From NCBI GenBank assembly GCA_947589595.1, contig CANQBV010000005.1, forward strand, positions 22,602 through 86,601: a stretch of 64,000 bases of DNA. The letters are read 5' to 3'. Source of the DNA: an uncultured Clostridia bacterium. Its GTDB lineage: Bacteria; Bacillota; Clostridia; Oscillospirales; SIG627. How positions within the stretch are numbered: position 1 is the stretch's first letter; each line of letters starts with the position of its first letter. The notes under the pieces were generated by a model, which saw only the letters and a program-made list of their open reading frames with translations, was not told where the DNA came from and did not search any database. The translations under genes and the position numbers were made by a program. Shown one piece after another: positions 18,151 through 28,872 of the stretch.

Positions 18151-20778
18151 TTATGAAAAGAGTTTTTGGTAAGTGGAAAGGATATTTTCCAATGCATTCT
18201 GATAGGCTTTTAATTTATCCTTTTCACCGTTGACAACCTTTTCCGGCGCTTTGGAAACAAACTGTTCATTCGAAAGCTTTGCCACAATACGCTCAATTTC
18301 GCAGAGCGTTTTTTCTTTTTCGCTTTCCAGGCGCGCCTTTTCGGCAACAGGATCCAAAAGCTCCAGCAAAGGAATGAAAACAGAGGCGGCGTCCGTTGCG
18401 ATCGCTACGCTCTTTTCCGGGTCAAAATCACGGTCGAAATGGACTTCGCCGGCGCCGGCAAGCCGCATCAGAAACGCGGTGCTTTCTTCAAAGTCTTTTT
18501 GTGCTTCGGTTTCAATGTAAATCGGTACCTTTTTGGAGGCCGGTACATTCATTTCATTGCGGCGGTTGCGAATCGCCACGATCACGGCGATGATTTTTTC
18601 CAGGCTTTCTTCTTCCGCAGGGAAATTCAGATCCTCGCGGGCTTCCGGCCAGGCAGAGATCATAATGCTTTCGCCCTCATGCGGGAATTTCTGCCAAATT
18701 TCTTCGGTAATAAAGGGCATAAATGGATGCAGCAGCTTCAAGGTCGAGGTAAATACAAACGCCAGGGTATTCTGGGCTGCGTCCCGCGTGGGGCAGTCTT
18801 CGTCAAAAAGACGGGGCTTTACCAGTTCAATATACCAGTCGCAGAACACATCCCAAATAAAATCATAAAGCTTCGCCAGAGCAACGCCCAATTCATAGCG
18901 ATCCAGATTTTCACTGACTTCGCGGCAAACCCGATTGAATTTCGTCAGAACCCATTTATCCTCAATTGCAAGTCCGGAAAGGGTAGCAGGATCGGAAACA
19001 GTTTTGACTTTCAGGTTCATGAGGATATAGCGCGCAGCGTTCCATATCTTATTGGCAAAGTTGCGTGCGGATTCAATCCTTTCATCGGAAAAGCGCATAT
19101 CGTTTCCGGGGGAATTGTTGCTGGCAAGTGCAAATCGGAGCGCATCGGCGCCGTATTGATCGATAATCAGCAACGGATCGATCCCGTTGCCGAGCGATTT
19201 CGACATTTTTCTTCCCTTGGCGTCACGCACAAGGCCGTGGATCAGCACATCGTGAAACGGCTTTTCACCCATGTATTCCAGCCCGGAGAAAATCATTCTC
19301 GAAACCCAGAAGGTAATGATATCATACCCGGTCACAAGCGTACTGGTGGGGTAAAAGCGTTTTAAGTCTTCCGTTTCTTCCGGCCAGCCGAGCGTAGAGA
19401 ATGGCCAGAGAGCGGAGGAAAACCAGGTGTCCAGCGTATCGGGATCCTGGCGCATGGGTTTGTGGCAATGCGGGCATTCGGCGTGGTTTTCTTTGGTCAC
19501 GATCATTTCCCCGCAATCATCGCAGAAAAACGCGGGGATTCGGTGACCCCACCAAAGCTGACGGGAAATGCACCAGTCGCGGATATTGCGCATCCAGTGA
19601 AAATAGTTTTTACTGAAACGATCCGGAATAAATCGAATATCACCGCTTTCAACAGCCTCGATCGCCGGCTTTGCCAAAGGCTCCATTTTCACAAACCACT
19701 GCATGGAAACACGCGGCTCTACCGTAGTGCCGCAGCGGTAGCAGGTGCCGACGTTGTGGCTGTAATCTTCCGTTTTGATCAGAAATCCTTCTTTTTCCAG
19801 ATCTGCGACGATGGCCTTACGGGCCGCATAACGGTCCATTCCGGCGTAGGCAGGAAATTCTTCGGTGATTTTGGCGTCCTCGGTCATGCAGTTGATGATC
19901 GGCAAATCGTGACGTTTTCCGACTTCAAAGTCGTTCGGATCATGCGCCGGGGTAATTTTTACCACGCCGGTTCCAAAATCCATTTCCACATAGTCGTCGG
20001 CAACAACGGGGATCTCTCTGCCAACCAGCGGCAGAATGACTGTTTTTCCGACCGCATCCTTATAACGTTCGTCTTTGGGATTGACGGCAACCGCGGTATC
20101 GCCCAAAAGAGTTTCCGGCCTCGTGGTGGCCAATTCCAAATACCCAGAGCCGTCTTTGAAGGGATAGCGCAAATGCCAGAAGTGGCCGGCCTGATCTTCG
20201 TATTCTACTTCCGCATCGGAAATCGAGGTCAAGCAATGCGGGCACCAGTTGATGATCCGCTCCCCGCGGTAAATGAGCCCTTTTTCATAAAGGCGCACGA
20301 AAACTTCCTTCACGGCCTTGGAACAGCCCTCGTCCATGGTAAACCGCTCGCGGGACCAATCGCAGGAGGAGCCCATTTTTTTCAGTTGGGAAATAATTCT
20401 GCCGCCGTATTGCTCTTTCCATTTCCAGGCACGCTCCAAAAAGCCCTCTCTGCCGACGTCTTCTTTGGAAAGGCCTTCTTTGCGCATCGCTTCTACAATT
20501 TTTGCCTCGGTAGCAATCGAAGCGTGATCCGTGCCCGGCAGCCAGAGTGTGCAGAACCCGCGCATTCTTTTATAACGTACCAAAATATCCTGCAGCGTAT
20601 TGTCCAGCGCATGCCCCATATGGAGCTGACCGGTAATATTCGGCGGCGGGATCACAATCGTAAAGGAGGGTTTATCGCCCACGGTATCGGGTTTAAAATA
20701 TCCTTTTTCGCACCAGTTTTGATAAATACGGTCTTCAAAGCTTTTCGGATCGTAATTTTTTTCCAATAATTCTGCCAT
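18151..20778 (-). CDS. valS: Valine--tRNA ligase
   Basis: [31 protein letters not shown]-terminal coiled coil. Confidence 0.98.
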   Translation of the reverse strand: MAELLEKNYDPKSFEDRIYQNWCEKGYFKPDTVGDKPSFTIVIPPPNITGQLHMGHALDNTLQDILVRYKRMRGFCTLWLPGTDHASIATEAKIVEAMRKEGLSKEDVGREGFLERAWKWKEQYGGRIISQLKKMGSSCDWSRERFTMDEGCSKAVKEVFVRLYEKGLIYRGERIINWCPHCLTSISDAEVEYEDQAGHFWHLRYPFKDGSGYLELATTRPETLLGDTAVAVNPKDERYKDAVGKTVILPLVGREIPVVADDYVEMDFGTGVVKITPAHDPNDFEVGKRHDLPIINCMTEDAKITEEFPAYAGMDRYAARKAIVADLEKEGFLIKTEDYSHNVGTCYRCGTTVEPRVSMQWFVKMEPLAKPAIEAVESGDIRFIPDRFSKNYFHWMRNIRDWCISRQLWWGHRIPAFFCDDCGEMIVTKENHAECPHCHKPMRQDPDTLDTWFSSALWPFSTLGWPEETEDLKRFYPTSTLVTGYDIITFWVSRMIFSGLEYMGEKPFHDVLIHGLVRDAKGRKMSKSLGNGIDPLLIIDQYGADALRFALASNNSPGNDMRFSDERIESARNFANKIWNAARYILMNLKVKTVSDPATLSGLAIEDKWVLTKFNRVCREVSENLDRYELGVALAKLYDFIWDVFCDWYIELVKPRLFDEDCPTRDAAQNTLAFVFTSTLKLLHPFMPFITEEIWQKFPHEGESIMISAWPEAREDLNFPAEEESLEKIIAVIVAIRNRRNEMNVPASKKVPIYIETEAQKDFEESTAFLMRLAGAGEVHFDRDFDPEKSVAIATDAASVFIPLLELLDPVAEKARLESEKEKTLCEIERIVAKLSNEQFVSKAPEKVVNGEKDKLKAYQNALENILSTYQKLFS

Positions 20779-20832
20779 AGCAGTACCTCTTTCTTTTCAT
20801 ATTCCGTGTTTTGTGTGATCTGAATTCAATTT

Positions 20833-20874
20833 TCAGACTCGGTCTCTGCTGGTAACTGCTTTGATGATTTTCAT
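20833..20874 (-). other. Candidate 13-aa leader peptide MKIIKAVTSRDRV upstream of valS
   Basis: GAGG RBS and ATG just downstream of the promoter; the Val codon region is complementary to the valS initiation region. Confidence 0.4.
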
Positions 20875-20903
20875 GGTTTCCTCGATTCAAAGTGATTCGT
20901 ATT

Positions 20904-20932
20904 ATTATACTTCAAATTATCAGAAAATGCAA
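20904..20932 (-). promoter_or_regulatory. sigma-A promoter of valS
   Basis: TTGCAT-N17-TATAAT. Confidence 0.75.
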
Positions 20933-20964
20933 TAGTTTTTCAAGCATTTTCGCATTTACCCAGT

Positions 20965-20994
20965 GAATAGAAAGATTTGGTTGCCCCCATAATA
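20965..20994 (+). promoter_or_regulatory. sigma-G-type promoter
   Basis: GAATA-N18-CATAATA, matching the GHATR-N18-CATAHTA consensus. Confidence 0.6.
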
Positions 20995-21023
20995 AGAAAA
21001 AATACTTTTTTTGGGTGTGGATA

Positions 21024-24000
21024 ATGAACGCAAACGATACAAAGCAATTCCTTATTATGGCAAAACCGGATTTTGAAAAACAGGATCAGCCTGATTATTC
21101 TGAAAATAAAGTCAAAAGAAACCTGAAAACACTCTCGAAAAGTCTGGCGGATGCCCACGAAAATACGGAGGGAACCAAGTGGCTGCGGGAAAACTTTTCT
21201 TTTCTGGAAGGGATTTTGCAGGGAATCGATTTTCGCAATATTTTCCTGACAAAAAACAGCGCGCGGGCGATTGCTTCCTTAGTAGAAAACGAAAACTTTG
21301 AAGGCGGCAGGGAAGAGATTTTTGCACTTTTTCAATTTCTGGAAAAGGATGCCGCTGAGGAAGAGCTGCGCTCTCTTTTTGCGGGAATGGTTCTGGAAAT
21401 TTTTAATCAAATCACGGAAAACGCATTCTCGGACCGAAAAAAAATTCCACATTTGATCACGCTCCTGCATACGGTTTGTCAAAGCGATTTTGACGCCGTA
21501 GCGGCGGGGTTTTCTCCTCTTGAAAAGCTTTTGCGCCAGGAAGATCAGCGCGTCTATCCGAATATGACGCGGGAAACCCAGCTCCTTTATCAAAAGAAGA
21601 TCAAACAAAACGCGAAAAAGAAAAAAATACCGATCGAAACGTACTGCAAAAAACTTTTACAAGAGGCAAAAGAAAAGGACATAGCGCTCGGGGACTTGCT
21701 GTTTCCAAAGAAAAAAAGCCAATTCTATTTTCCGCTCATCCTCTTGGTTTTTTGCGCCTTTCTGACAGCGTTTTCCCTGAAAATACAAAATGCTTTTCTG
21801 ATACTTTTATTGGCGGCACCGCTCGCCTTTTTCTGCAAAGCGATCATCGATTTTATTTTTTCGTTGCTCGTTCGAAATGAACCTTTACCGCAGATGAAAA
21901 TCGACCGCATTTCAGAAAAAGAAAAAACTCTGGTCACCATTACGGCGCTGATTCTGTCAAAAAAAGATATAGATACTCTTTGCCGCAAGCTGCACCGCTT
22001 TCAGATCAATAATTCCGGCACCGACGAAAGCGTATACTACGGCCTGATCTGCGATTTCAAAGAGAGCAAGACCCGGATCGATCCCGGCGATTCCGAACTC
22101 ATGGAATATTTAAAAGAATCCATTGAAAAGCTGAACCGGGAAGCCCCCTTATATTTTGCGTTTCTGCGCGGGAGAAGCTATCAGATCGGGGAAAAGAAAT
22201 TTTGCGGCTGGGAAAGAAAGCGCGGCGCTATTGAAGAGTTGATTGCATTTGTTTGCGAAAAAAAGCAAAAAGACTGGAATCTTTTCTTTGGCGTTCAAAA
22301 CGAGCTTTTCGGAGCCAAATACCTCATTACGCTGGATGCCGATACCGACCTTTCCATTTTACAGGCAAAGCGGCTTTGCGGTTATATGGAGCACCCTTGC
22401 AATCATGCTAAAATCGACTTCAAAAACGGAAAGCCGTACCTCTTGTCGGGCTATGGTATTTTGCAGCCGAAAATTACTACTTCGCTCATGGAAAAAATTC
22501 ATACCCGATTCGGCAAAATTTATTCCAACGGAAGCGGCGAAATACCGTATGTATCCGCAACCTTTGACACCTATCAGAGCCTGTTTTCCTGCGGAAATTT
22601 CTGCGGCAAGGGAATACTCGATATCGAGGCTTATCACATTCTTTTAAAAGGAAAGTTTCCGGAAGGAAAAATACTAAGCCATGATATGCCGGAGGGGGCG
22701 ATCCTGCACGCCGGTGTTCTTACGAATGAATTTTTCAGCGATTCCGCCCCGCAAAACGCAGTCAGCCATTATAAGCGGCTGCACCGCTGGATCCGCGGAG
22801 ATATTCAAAACTGGCTTTTGTTTTCAAAACTGCACGGAATATGGCGGTATTTGCTTTTTGAAAATACCGTGCGCTATTTTTTGCCGGTGTTGGAACTTCT
22901 TTTTATATTCCTTTCCGGCTTTGTCGGCTTACGAGAAGGCGTCATTTGCGCAGCGCTGGTTTTGTTTTTGCACTTTGAGCCGCTTTTGGTAACCACCTGC
23001 TCCATGATCCTTACCGGGAATTTTGAGCATTTTAACCGTCACTTTGCCACGAAAATGCGTAATTTGGTATTAAACTCTTTTTACCAATCCGTTTTATCGG
23101 TCATGGCAATCGCTTTTGAAAGTATTTATTTTTGCGATGCGGTTTTCCGCGCGTTTTTTCGGATGTTTTTTTCAAAAAAACACTTGCTGCAGTGGCAGGT
23201 ATACCAGCCCCGTTCTTTACAAAAATATCCGCTGCTGTTCTTTTTGCCGTCGATTCTTTTGAGCACGTTTCTGCTGTTTTTCTGCCGCAATGTTCTGGCG
23301 TTTCTTTTTACGGTACTGTGGCTGATCTATCCTTTTGCCGTGCTGTATTTATCTGCCCCGTACCGCAAAAAAGACGCGATGCCGGTCAAAGAAAAGGAAT
23401 ACCTCAAGGAAGCAGCAAAGGATTCACTGCGCTATTTTCTGGATAATGTAAACGAAAACACTCATTTTCTTCCTCCGGATAACGTGCAGTTCGCGCCGCT
23501 GGAGAAAATCGCCATGCGCACATCACCCACGAACATCGGGCTCTATTTGGATTCTTTGCTATGTGGCGTAGATTTTGGTTTTTTGAATACAAAAGAGCTG
23601 GCAGACCTGCTGGATAAAAGTCTGGCATCCATCGAAAAATTAGAAAAATACCGCGGGAATCTGTACAATTGGTATGACCTGAATACCTTGGCGGGTATCG
23701 GCGAAAAATTTGTCTCCTCTGTGGACAGCGGCAATTTTCTTGCTTCTTTAATTTTACTGGTACAAGGGATCAAGGAATATGAGGGGGAGGAGCCCGCATT
23801 AAAATCCATTCGCCCACGAGTGGAAAATCTGATTCAAAATACGGATCTGAGCGTCTTCTATGACAATGAAAAAGGACTGCTTTTTGTGGGGGTTCTTCCG
23901 GACGAAAAGCGCAATTTTTCACATTATGACCTATATATGAGCGAAGCGAGGATTACAAGCTACCTTGCCATTGCGCTGGGCTTTGTGCCGCCTTCACATT

Positions 24001-27000
24001 GGAAACGGCTTTCCCGTCCCCTGCAGTCGTTTTACGGCAGGGTGGGGGTCGCCTCTTGGAGCGGAACGGCCTTTGAATATTTTATGCCGGCTCTGTTTTT
24101 GCCGGTGATCGAAAATTCACTGGAAGACGAAAGCTTGGATTTTGCCTTTCACTGTCAGTCCAAATATCAGGCAAATATCGGGATCGGCGAGCCGGTTTTC
24201 GGGATCAGTGAAAGTGGCTGTGCCCTGCGAGACTCGGCGGGGAACTACCAGTACAAAGCGTTTGGCGTACCGTATCTTTCCGTACAGAATCTGCCGTCGG
24301 ATAAAAAGGTGATTTCGCCGTATTCCTCTTTTCTGATGCTGCGGAAAGGGGAAAAAAAGATTTGGAAAAACTTACTGCGATTGCAGAAAATGGGTCTTCG
24401 TGGGCAATACGGCTTTTTTGAAGCAATCGAATTTAATTCGAATTTTCTGGATGACTATAAAATTGTCAATTCTTTCATGGCACACCACACCGGAATGTCG
24501 ATTCTAGCGATCCATAATGCAATTTTTTCCGATCGCAATCAGGAACGCTTCCTATTATACGGAGAAATCGCCGCAAAAAAAGAGCTTTTGGCAGAGCGGT
24601 TCCCGTTAGAAGGGAAAATCGCAAAAAAAGAAAAACCGTCTCTGGCGGTTTTGCCGGAGTACCATGCCGAGAGAGCGGAAGAAGAATTTTCAGAGATACC
24701 GGGAAAGGGCTTTTTGCTTACCGACGGCAATTTGAATTTTCTCAGCTTCGATAACGGCGCGATCCGCCTTTTTACTGAAAATTGCGAAATCCTATCCCCG
24801 GATAACGGCGGCATGGATATTCGCATCTATTTAGGGGAAAAGGAATACTCCTTTACCGCCCGGGATATGCACGAAAAGAAAATTCTCAATTTACCCAATC
24901 GTCTGGAATGGCTTCTTTTTGATAAAAAGATCTCGCTGTCTTTGCAATTTCTTCTCATTCCCGGCACCAATACCTTGGAAACACGTTTGGAAATCAACGG
25001 TTTCCGGGGAAAAGTGCGCGCGGAGATCGGTTTTTCCGTGTGGCTGGTTCCGTGGCAGGACGCCGTTTCCCACCCTGCATTCCAGGCGCTTTCTCTGGAA
25101 GCGGCAAAGGAGGAAAGGTATTTGACGATCACCAAACGCGGCGTAGAGGAAAAGCAGCGGGAATGGATCATTCAATCCAATTCAGAATTTCTGTTTGAAC
25201 AAAATCAGAGATCCCCTGAACTGAAGTTTTCGAAGCGAGCCATGATCACCCCGGAAGCAAGGCTGATTTTCCAGGGAGAATCGGCCGGGAACACTCGTTT
25301 CGCAGCGCTTTACACTGTTATGGAAAAACAGGCCGTTCTTCCGGATTTTTCCATGCTGGACGGAGAACTGTTTCCCAAGCGGGAAAGCCTGAAAAAAGCC
25401 GCGGGTATTTTGGATCACCTTCATCGGATTTGTTTTTACGATAAGGATTCTGCAGTCTTGGAAACCCAAATTTTAGCCGATCTGTATGCTGATAACCGCA
25501 TTTTACTCGGTGATGAAATCAAGCCGTTTCCGCGAAATCTTTTGTGGCAGTACGGCATTTCGGGCGATCTGCCGATATTGACCTTTTACCTGAAAAACGA
25601 CGAAACTGATTCTTTAAAGAAATATTTAAAAGTAGTAAAAAAGCTTTTGATTGCCGGTTTTCAGTTTGATTTTATTATTATTGAAAAAGCAGAAATCGGT
25701 TATTTTTCACCGCTGCACGCCAAGCTTTCGGAGATTTTTCAGGAGCTTACCTGCGAATTTTTGCTTGGCAAAAAAAGCGGAATTCACTTTGTAAGTCTTC
25801 CCGGATATCAGGAAATTTCCGCTTTCCGAGCAGTTTCCAAAAAAGGATACGGCTTTTCTCAGCCGCAAGAGGAGATTGAGCGAGGGAATTTTCGGCCGGT
25901 GATAGCAAAAAAAGCTGCGTTTTCAGAAAAGGATACGGTGGGAGCCATGTTCACCAACGGATATGTTCTGGAAAAGGCAGATCTGGAAACGCCGACCGTA
26001 TTTTCCCACGTCGTTGCCAATCGCAGGATCGGATTTGTCTGTAATCAGAATTCACTGGGGTTTACCTGGTTCCGGAACGCCGGGTTGAACCGCCTTTCCC
26101 GCTGGGACAATCTTCCGGAAGAAAAAGATGGAGAAAAGATATTCCTTCTGCAAAACGATACGCTTTTTGATCTTTTGCAAAGTGCCGAAAAAGTCACTTT
26201 TCTGGATCACTGCATGCAATATGAGGGAACGCTTACCGGCGGCTCCTATAAGGTCGTCGCCACGGTTTCGGAAGAGCTTTCTGCAAAGCTTGTTTTTGTT
26301 TTCCTCTCAGAAAAGCTGCGGGAAAATTCCCGGTTACTGTATTCTTTTGTTCCCTGTATTGGAAGGAATACGGACGCCAATCTCCTTTTGAAAAACGCTG
26401 AAAATGTCTATGCTCTCTACCGTTTGCCGGGCGGAGATTACCCCGGCGGCGGATATTTCACCTCAAAAGAAAAAATACTTTCTGTTGTTCTGCGAAACAA
26501 AAGACTGGAATTTGAGGTGGAATCAAAAGCGGAAAACCACTTTTTGGTGGGTGGCTTTTCCGGGGAAAAGCACTTCGCATATTTAAAAGAAAGATTTTTA
26601 AATTTGGATTTCGAAGAAGCACTTCGGGAAGAAAAAAACCGCATTCTGCCGTATTTTCCGTTAAAAAAACTAGCGGGTGTCGAATTCTGGACGTATGCAC
26701 AGACGCTTTATTCACGCTTTTTTGCCAAAAGCGGGCTCTTACAGTCGAGCGGTGCGTTTGGCTTTCGCGATCAATTACAGGATTCACTGCTCTTTTTATT
26801 CTCCAACCCCGAAATTACAAAGCAGCATTTATTGCGTTGTGCTTCCCACCAATTTGCGGAAGGAGACGTACAGCATTGGTGGCATCCATTAAAGCAAAAC
26901 GGGCAATCCGACCCGGGGATCCGTTCCCTTTGCTCCGATGACTATTTGTGGCTGGTGTATGTACTCAGCGAATACCTGAAGGCGACCTGTGATGACACGA

Positions 27001-27950
27001 TTCTGGAAATACCGGCGCCGTTTTTGATCGGAGAAAAACTGACCGGCAGTCACGACCTTTACTTTTCCCCACATCTGGGAGAAAGGGAACCATTAAAAGA
27101 GCATGCAAAACGGGCCGTTCTTTTGTTTTTAGAACGCGGCGTCGGATCGCACCATCTGCCGTATTTCGGCGCCGGCGATTGGAACGACGGAATGAACCGG
27201 ATCGACGGGGAAAGCGTCTGGCTCGGAGAATTCGGCATATTGGTATTAAACCGTTATCTGGAATTTTGTGACGATGAAGATCTCAAAAGGGCATGTCGCG
27301 AACGAATTTCAGTGCTTTTAAAAGGAGTTTCGGCTGCCTTCAACGGCGCTTGGTTTGCCCGCGGCTATTGGGGAAACGGCGAAGTGATCGGCAGCGATAT
27401 CAGTTTGGAAAAGGAATGCAGCATCGATCTGATCGCGCAAGCCTTTGCCGCCTTTGCTTTTTGTGAGACGGAAGTCGGCGCGGATAATCTTTTAGAAGAA
27501 CAAATCGATTCGGCTTTAAAAAGCGCTTATGAAATTTTGTACGATCCGAAAAATCGAATTGTAAAGCTGTTTACACCGCCGTTTTCTGAATCAAAGCCCT
27601 CACCGGGCTATATTCAGAAATACAGCGCCGGTCTGCGCGAAAACGGCGGACAATACACGCACGCGGCGGTGTGGTACGGAATCGCACTTCTTCGTTTCTA
27701 CCAAAAAACAGGAAAAGAAGAATACTTGACCATGGCAAAAGAAATTCAGCAAGTACTGGATCCTGCGCCGAACATGGAAAGAAAAAATTTCAGGCGTTAT
27801 CAACGGGAACCGTTTGTTTTATGCGGCGATATATCCGGCGCGGAAGGCGCCAAGGGGCGCGGCGGCTGGAGCTGGTATACCGGGGCGGCCGGTTGGTATT
27901 TTCGCTTTTTGCAGGAATTGAAAAAGCAAGAAGAAAAGCAGCTAGAATAA
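21024..27950 (+). CDS. Cyclic beta-1,2-glucan synthase-like protein (GT84 + cyclisation/glucoamylase-like + GH94 domains)
   Basis: GWERKRG, ITLDADT, SHDMPEG, RLHRWIRGD, TM block, TSPTNIG, SEAR, SWSGTAFEY, YQYKAFGVP, QSSGAFGFRDQLQD, GDWNDG, RENGGQYTHAA, GWSWYTGAAGW. Confidence 0.88.
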   Translation: MNANDTKQFLIMAKPDFEKQDQPDYSENKVKRNLKTLSKSLADAHENTEGTKWLRENFSFLEGILQGIDFRNIFLTKNSARAIASLVENENFEGGREEIFALFQFLEKDAAEEELRSLFAGMVLEIFNQITENAFSDRKKIPHLITLLHTVCQSDFDAVAAGFSPLEKLLRQEDQRVYPNMTRETQLLYQKKIKQNAKKKKIPIETYCKKLLQEAKEKDIALGDLLFPKKKSQFYFPLILLVFCAFLTAFSLKIQNAFLILLLAAPLAFFCKAIIDFIFSLLVRNEPLPQMKIDRISEKEKTLVTITALILSKKDIDTLCRKLHRFQINNSGTDESVYYGLICDFKESKTRIDPGDSELMEYLKESIEKLNREAPLYFAFLRGRSYQIGEKKFCGWERKRGAIEELIAFVCEKKQKDWNLFFGVQNELFGAKYLITLDADTDLSILQAKRLCGYMEHPCNHAKIDFKNGKPYLLSGYGILQPKITTSLMEKIHTRFGKIYSNGSGEIPYVSATFDTYQSLFSCGNFCGKGILDIEAYHILLKGKFPEGKILSHDMPEGAILHAGVLTNEFFSDSAPQNAVSHYKRLHRWIRGDIQNWLLFSKLHGIWRYLLFENTVRYFLPVLELLFIFLSGFVGLREGVICAALVLFLHFEPLLVTTCSMILTGNFEHFNRHFATKMRNLVLNSFYQSVLSVMAIAFESIYFCDAVFRAFFRMFFSKKHLLQWQVYQPRSLQKYPLLFFLPSILLSTFLLFFCRNVLAFLFTVLWLIYPFAVLYLSAPYRKKDAMPVKEKEYLKEAAKDSLRYFLDNVNENTHFLPPDNVQFAPLEKIAMRTSPTNIGLYLDSLLCGVDFGFLNTKELADLLDKSLASIEKLEKYRGNLYNWYDLNTLAGIGEKFVSSVDSGNFLASLILLVQGIKEYEGEEPALKSIRPRVENLIQNTDLSVFYDNEKGLLFVGVLPDEKRNFSHYDLYMSEARITSYLAIALGFVPPSHWKRLSRPLQSFYGRVGVASWSGTAFEYFMPALFLPVIENSLEDESLDFAFHCQSKYQANIGIGEPVFGISESGCALRDSAGNYQYKAFGVPYLSVQNLPSDKKVISPYSSFLMLRKGEKKIWKNLLRLQKMGLRGQYGFFEAIEFNSNFLDDYKIVNSFMAHHTGMSILAIHNAIFSDRNQERFLLYGEIAAKKELLAERFPLEGKIAKKEKPSLAVLPEYHAERAEEEFSEIPGKGFLLTDGNLNFLSFDNGAIRLFTENCEILSPDNGGMDIRIYLGEKEYSFTARDMHEKKILNLPNRLEWLLFDKKISLSLQFLLIPGTNTLETRLEINGFRGKVRAEIGFSVWLVPWQDAVSHPAFQALSLEAAKEERYLTITKRGVEEKQREWIIQSNSEFLFEQNQRSPELKFSKRAMITPEARLIFQGESAGNTRFAALYTVMEKQAVLPDFSMLDGELFPKRESLKKAAGILDHLHRICFYDKDSAVLETQILADLYADNRILLGDEIKPFPRNLLWQYGISGDLPILTFYLKNDETDSLKKYLKVVKKLLIAGFQFDFIIIEKAEIGYFSPLHAKLSEIFQELTCEFLLGKKSGIHFVSLPGYQEISAFRAVSKKGYGFSQPQEEIERGNFRPVIAKKAAFSEKDTVGAMFTNGYVLEKADLETPTVFSHVVANRRIGFVCNQNSLGFTWFRNAGLNRLSRWDNLPEEKDGEKIFLLQNDTLFDLLQSAEKVTFLDHCMQYEGTLTGGSYKVVATVSEELSAKLVFVFLSEKLRENSRLLYSFVPCIGRNTDANLLLKNAENVYALYRLPGGDYPGGGYFTSKEKILSVVLRNKRLEFEVESKAENHFLVGGFSGEKHFAYLKERFLNLDFEEALREEKNRILPYFPLKKLAGVEFWTYAQTLYSRFFAKSGLLQSSGAFGFRDQLQDSLLFLFSNPEITKQHLLRCASHQFAEGDVQHWWHPLKQNGQSDPGIRSLCSDDYLWLVYVLSEYLKATCDDTILEIPAPFLIGEKLTGSHDLYFSPHLGEREPLKEHAKRAVLLFLERGVGSHHLPYFGAGDWNDGMNRIDGESVWLGEFGILVLNRYLEFCDDEDLKRACRERISVLLKGVSAAFNGAWFARGYWGNGEVIGSDISLEKECSIDLIAQAFAAFAFCETEVGADNLLEEQIDSALKSAYEILYDPKNRIVKLFTPPFSESKPSPGYIQKYSAGLRENGGQYTHAAVWYGIALLRFYQKTGKEEYLTMAKEIQQVLDPAPNMERKNFRRYQREPFVLCGDISGAEGAKGRGGWSWYTGAAGWYFRFLQELKKQEEKQLE

Positions 27951-27961
27951 GCTGCTTTTCT
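27932..27961. terminator. Bidirectional terminator
   Basis: AGAAAAGCAGCT/AGCTGCTTTTCT between convergent genes. Confidence 0.75.
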
Positions 27962-27966
27962 CTTCG

Positions 27967-28872
27967 CTATATCTGAAGAATACGTTCTAAAATATTTTGC
28001 AGATTTTCCACCGCTTTTTCCGAAACGGATTCGTTTGCTTTGTTTTGATTTCGACAGGGAAGAAACAGCGATAAAACCGGAATCCCGGTTGCTGCGATCT
28101 CTTCCGCTTTGGTGATCTTTTTCCCGGGAACACTCCGATCAAAAGGAATTCCCGCTTCTTCTGCCGCCTTTTCCGCTTGCAAAATAAGATTTGGATCGGA
28201 AAAATGCTTACCGTCCCGGACGCCGATCAAAACTGCTTCGCTCTCGCTTTCTGCACTGCCAAGGGCAAGAGCAAGATCCGGATTTTCCCGCATGGCGGCA
28301 TTGTATTCGCTCAAAGCGCGCGGAAAGAAGCTTTGTGCAGTAAAAACAAATATCGTTTCGTTAGCGCTCTCTACGGTTTTCTTCGCGGCTTCTTCAAGGA
28401 GTAAATAAAGCGCATAGGAAGAAGCGTACTGCCCGCAAACCGTATCGCCTGTTTTTTGAAATTTGGATTTCAATTTTGCCGGAGCGCCCTGACGAGGGGC
28501 GACGGTTTCAATATAAAGATCCCGCACGGCGGCATTCTTTTCCTTTTCGGACCGCAGAAGAAAAGCTTCGCCGTTTACCAGAACGATCTCCCTGCCGACT
28601 GCTTCCTGCGCATCAAAAGTGCCGACCGGCAAAAACTTTGTTTTGCCGGCCGTATCCGGCACACAAAGAAGGCCGGACGTGTCCAGCGGGGCGAAAACCG
28701 CGATTTTTTTCTTTCCTTCGCCCTTTTTGGCAATGACGCTGTTCATGGCGTCCACCCCAACTTCCTTGCAGAAAGGAGAGAGGGCCGCCGCGGTTTTCTC
28801 TGCCAGTTTCTTTTCGCAGCCGGAAATAGCAAGTGTATCGGCCAGTTCTTGAAATTTTTGAATTTCGATCAT
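27967..28872 (-). CDS. M42 peptidase homolog lacking metal ligands
   Basis: M42 layout (SGCE, DAMNSVIA) but FAPLDT for AHMDE, YASSY for LDDR, TAQSF for QEE, no terminal H. Confidence 0.7.
   Translation of the reverse strand: MIEIQKFQELADTLAISGCEKKLAEKTAAALSPFCKEVGVDAMNSVIAKKGEGKKKIAVFAPLDTSGLLCVPDTAGKTKFLPVGTFDAQEAVGREIVLVNGEAFLLRSEKEKNAAVRDLYIETVAPRQGAPAKLKSKFQKTGDTVCGQYASSYALYLLLEEAAKKTVESANETIFVFTAQSFFPRALSEYNAAMRENPDLALALGSAESESEAVLIGVRDGKHFSDPNLILQAEKAAEEAGIPFDRSVPGKKITKAEEIAATGIPVLSLFLPCRNQNKANESVSEKAVENLQNILERILQI

Noticed and set aside
18439-20769. Long antisense ORFs (308 and 435 aa) opposite valS; similar ones opposite glnS, the M20 gene and purL
   Set aside because: Shadow ORFs from codon bias of conserved genes; no RBS or motifs
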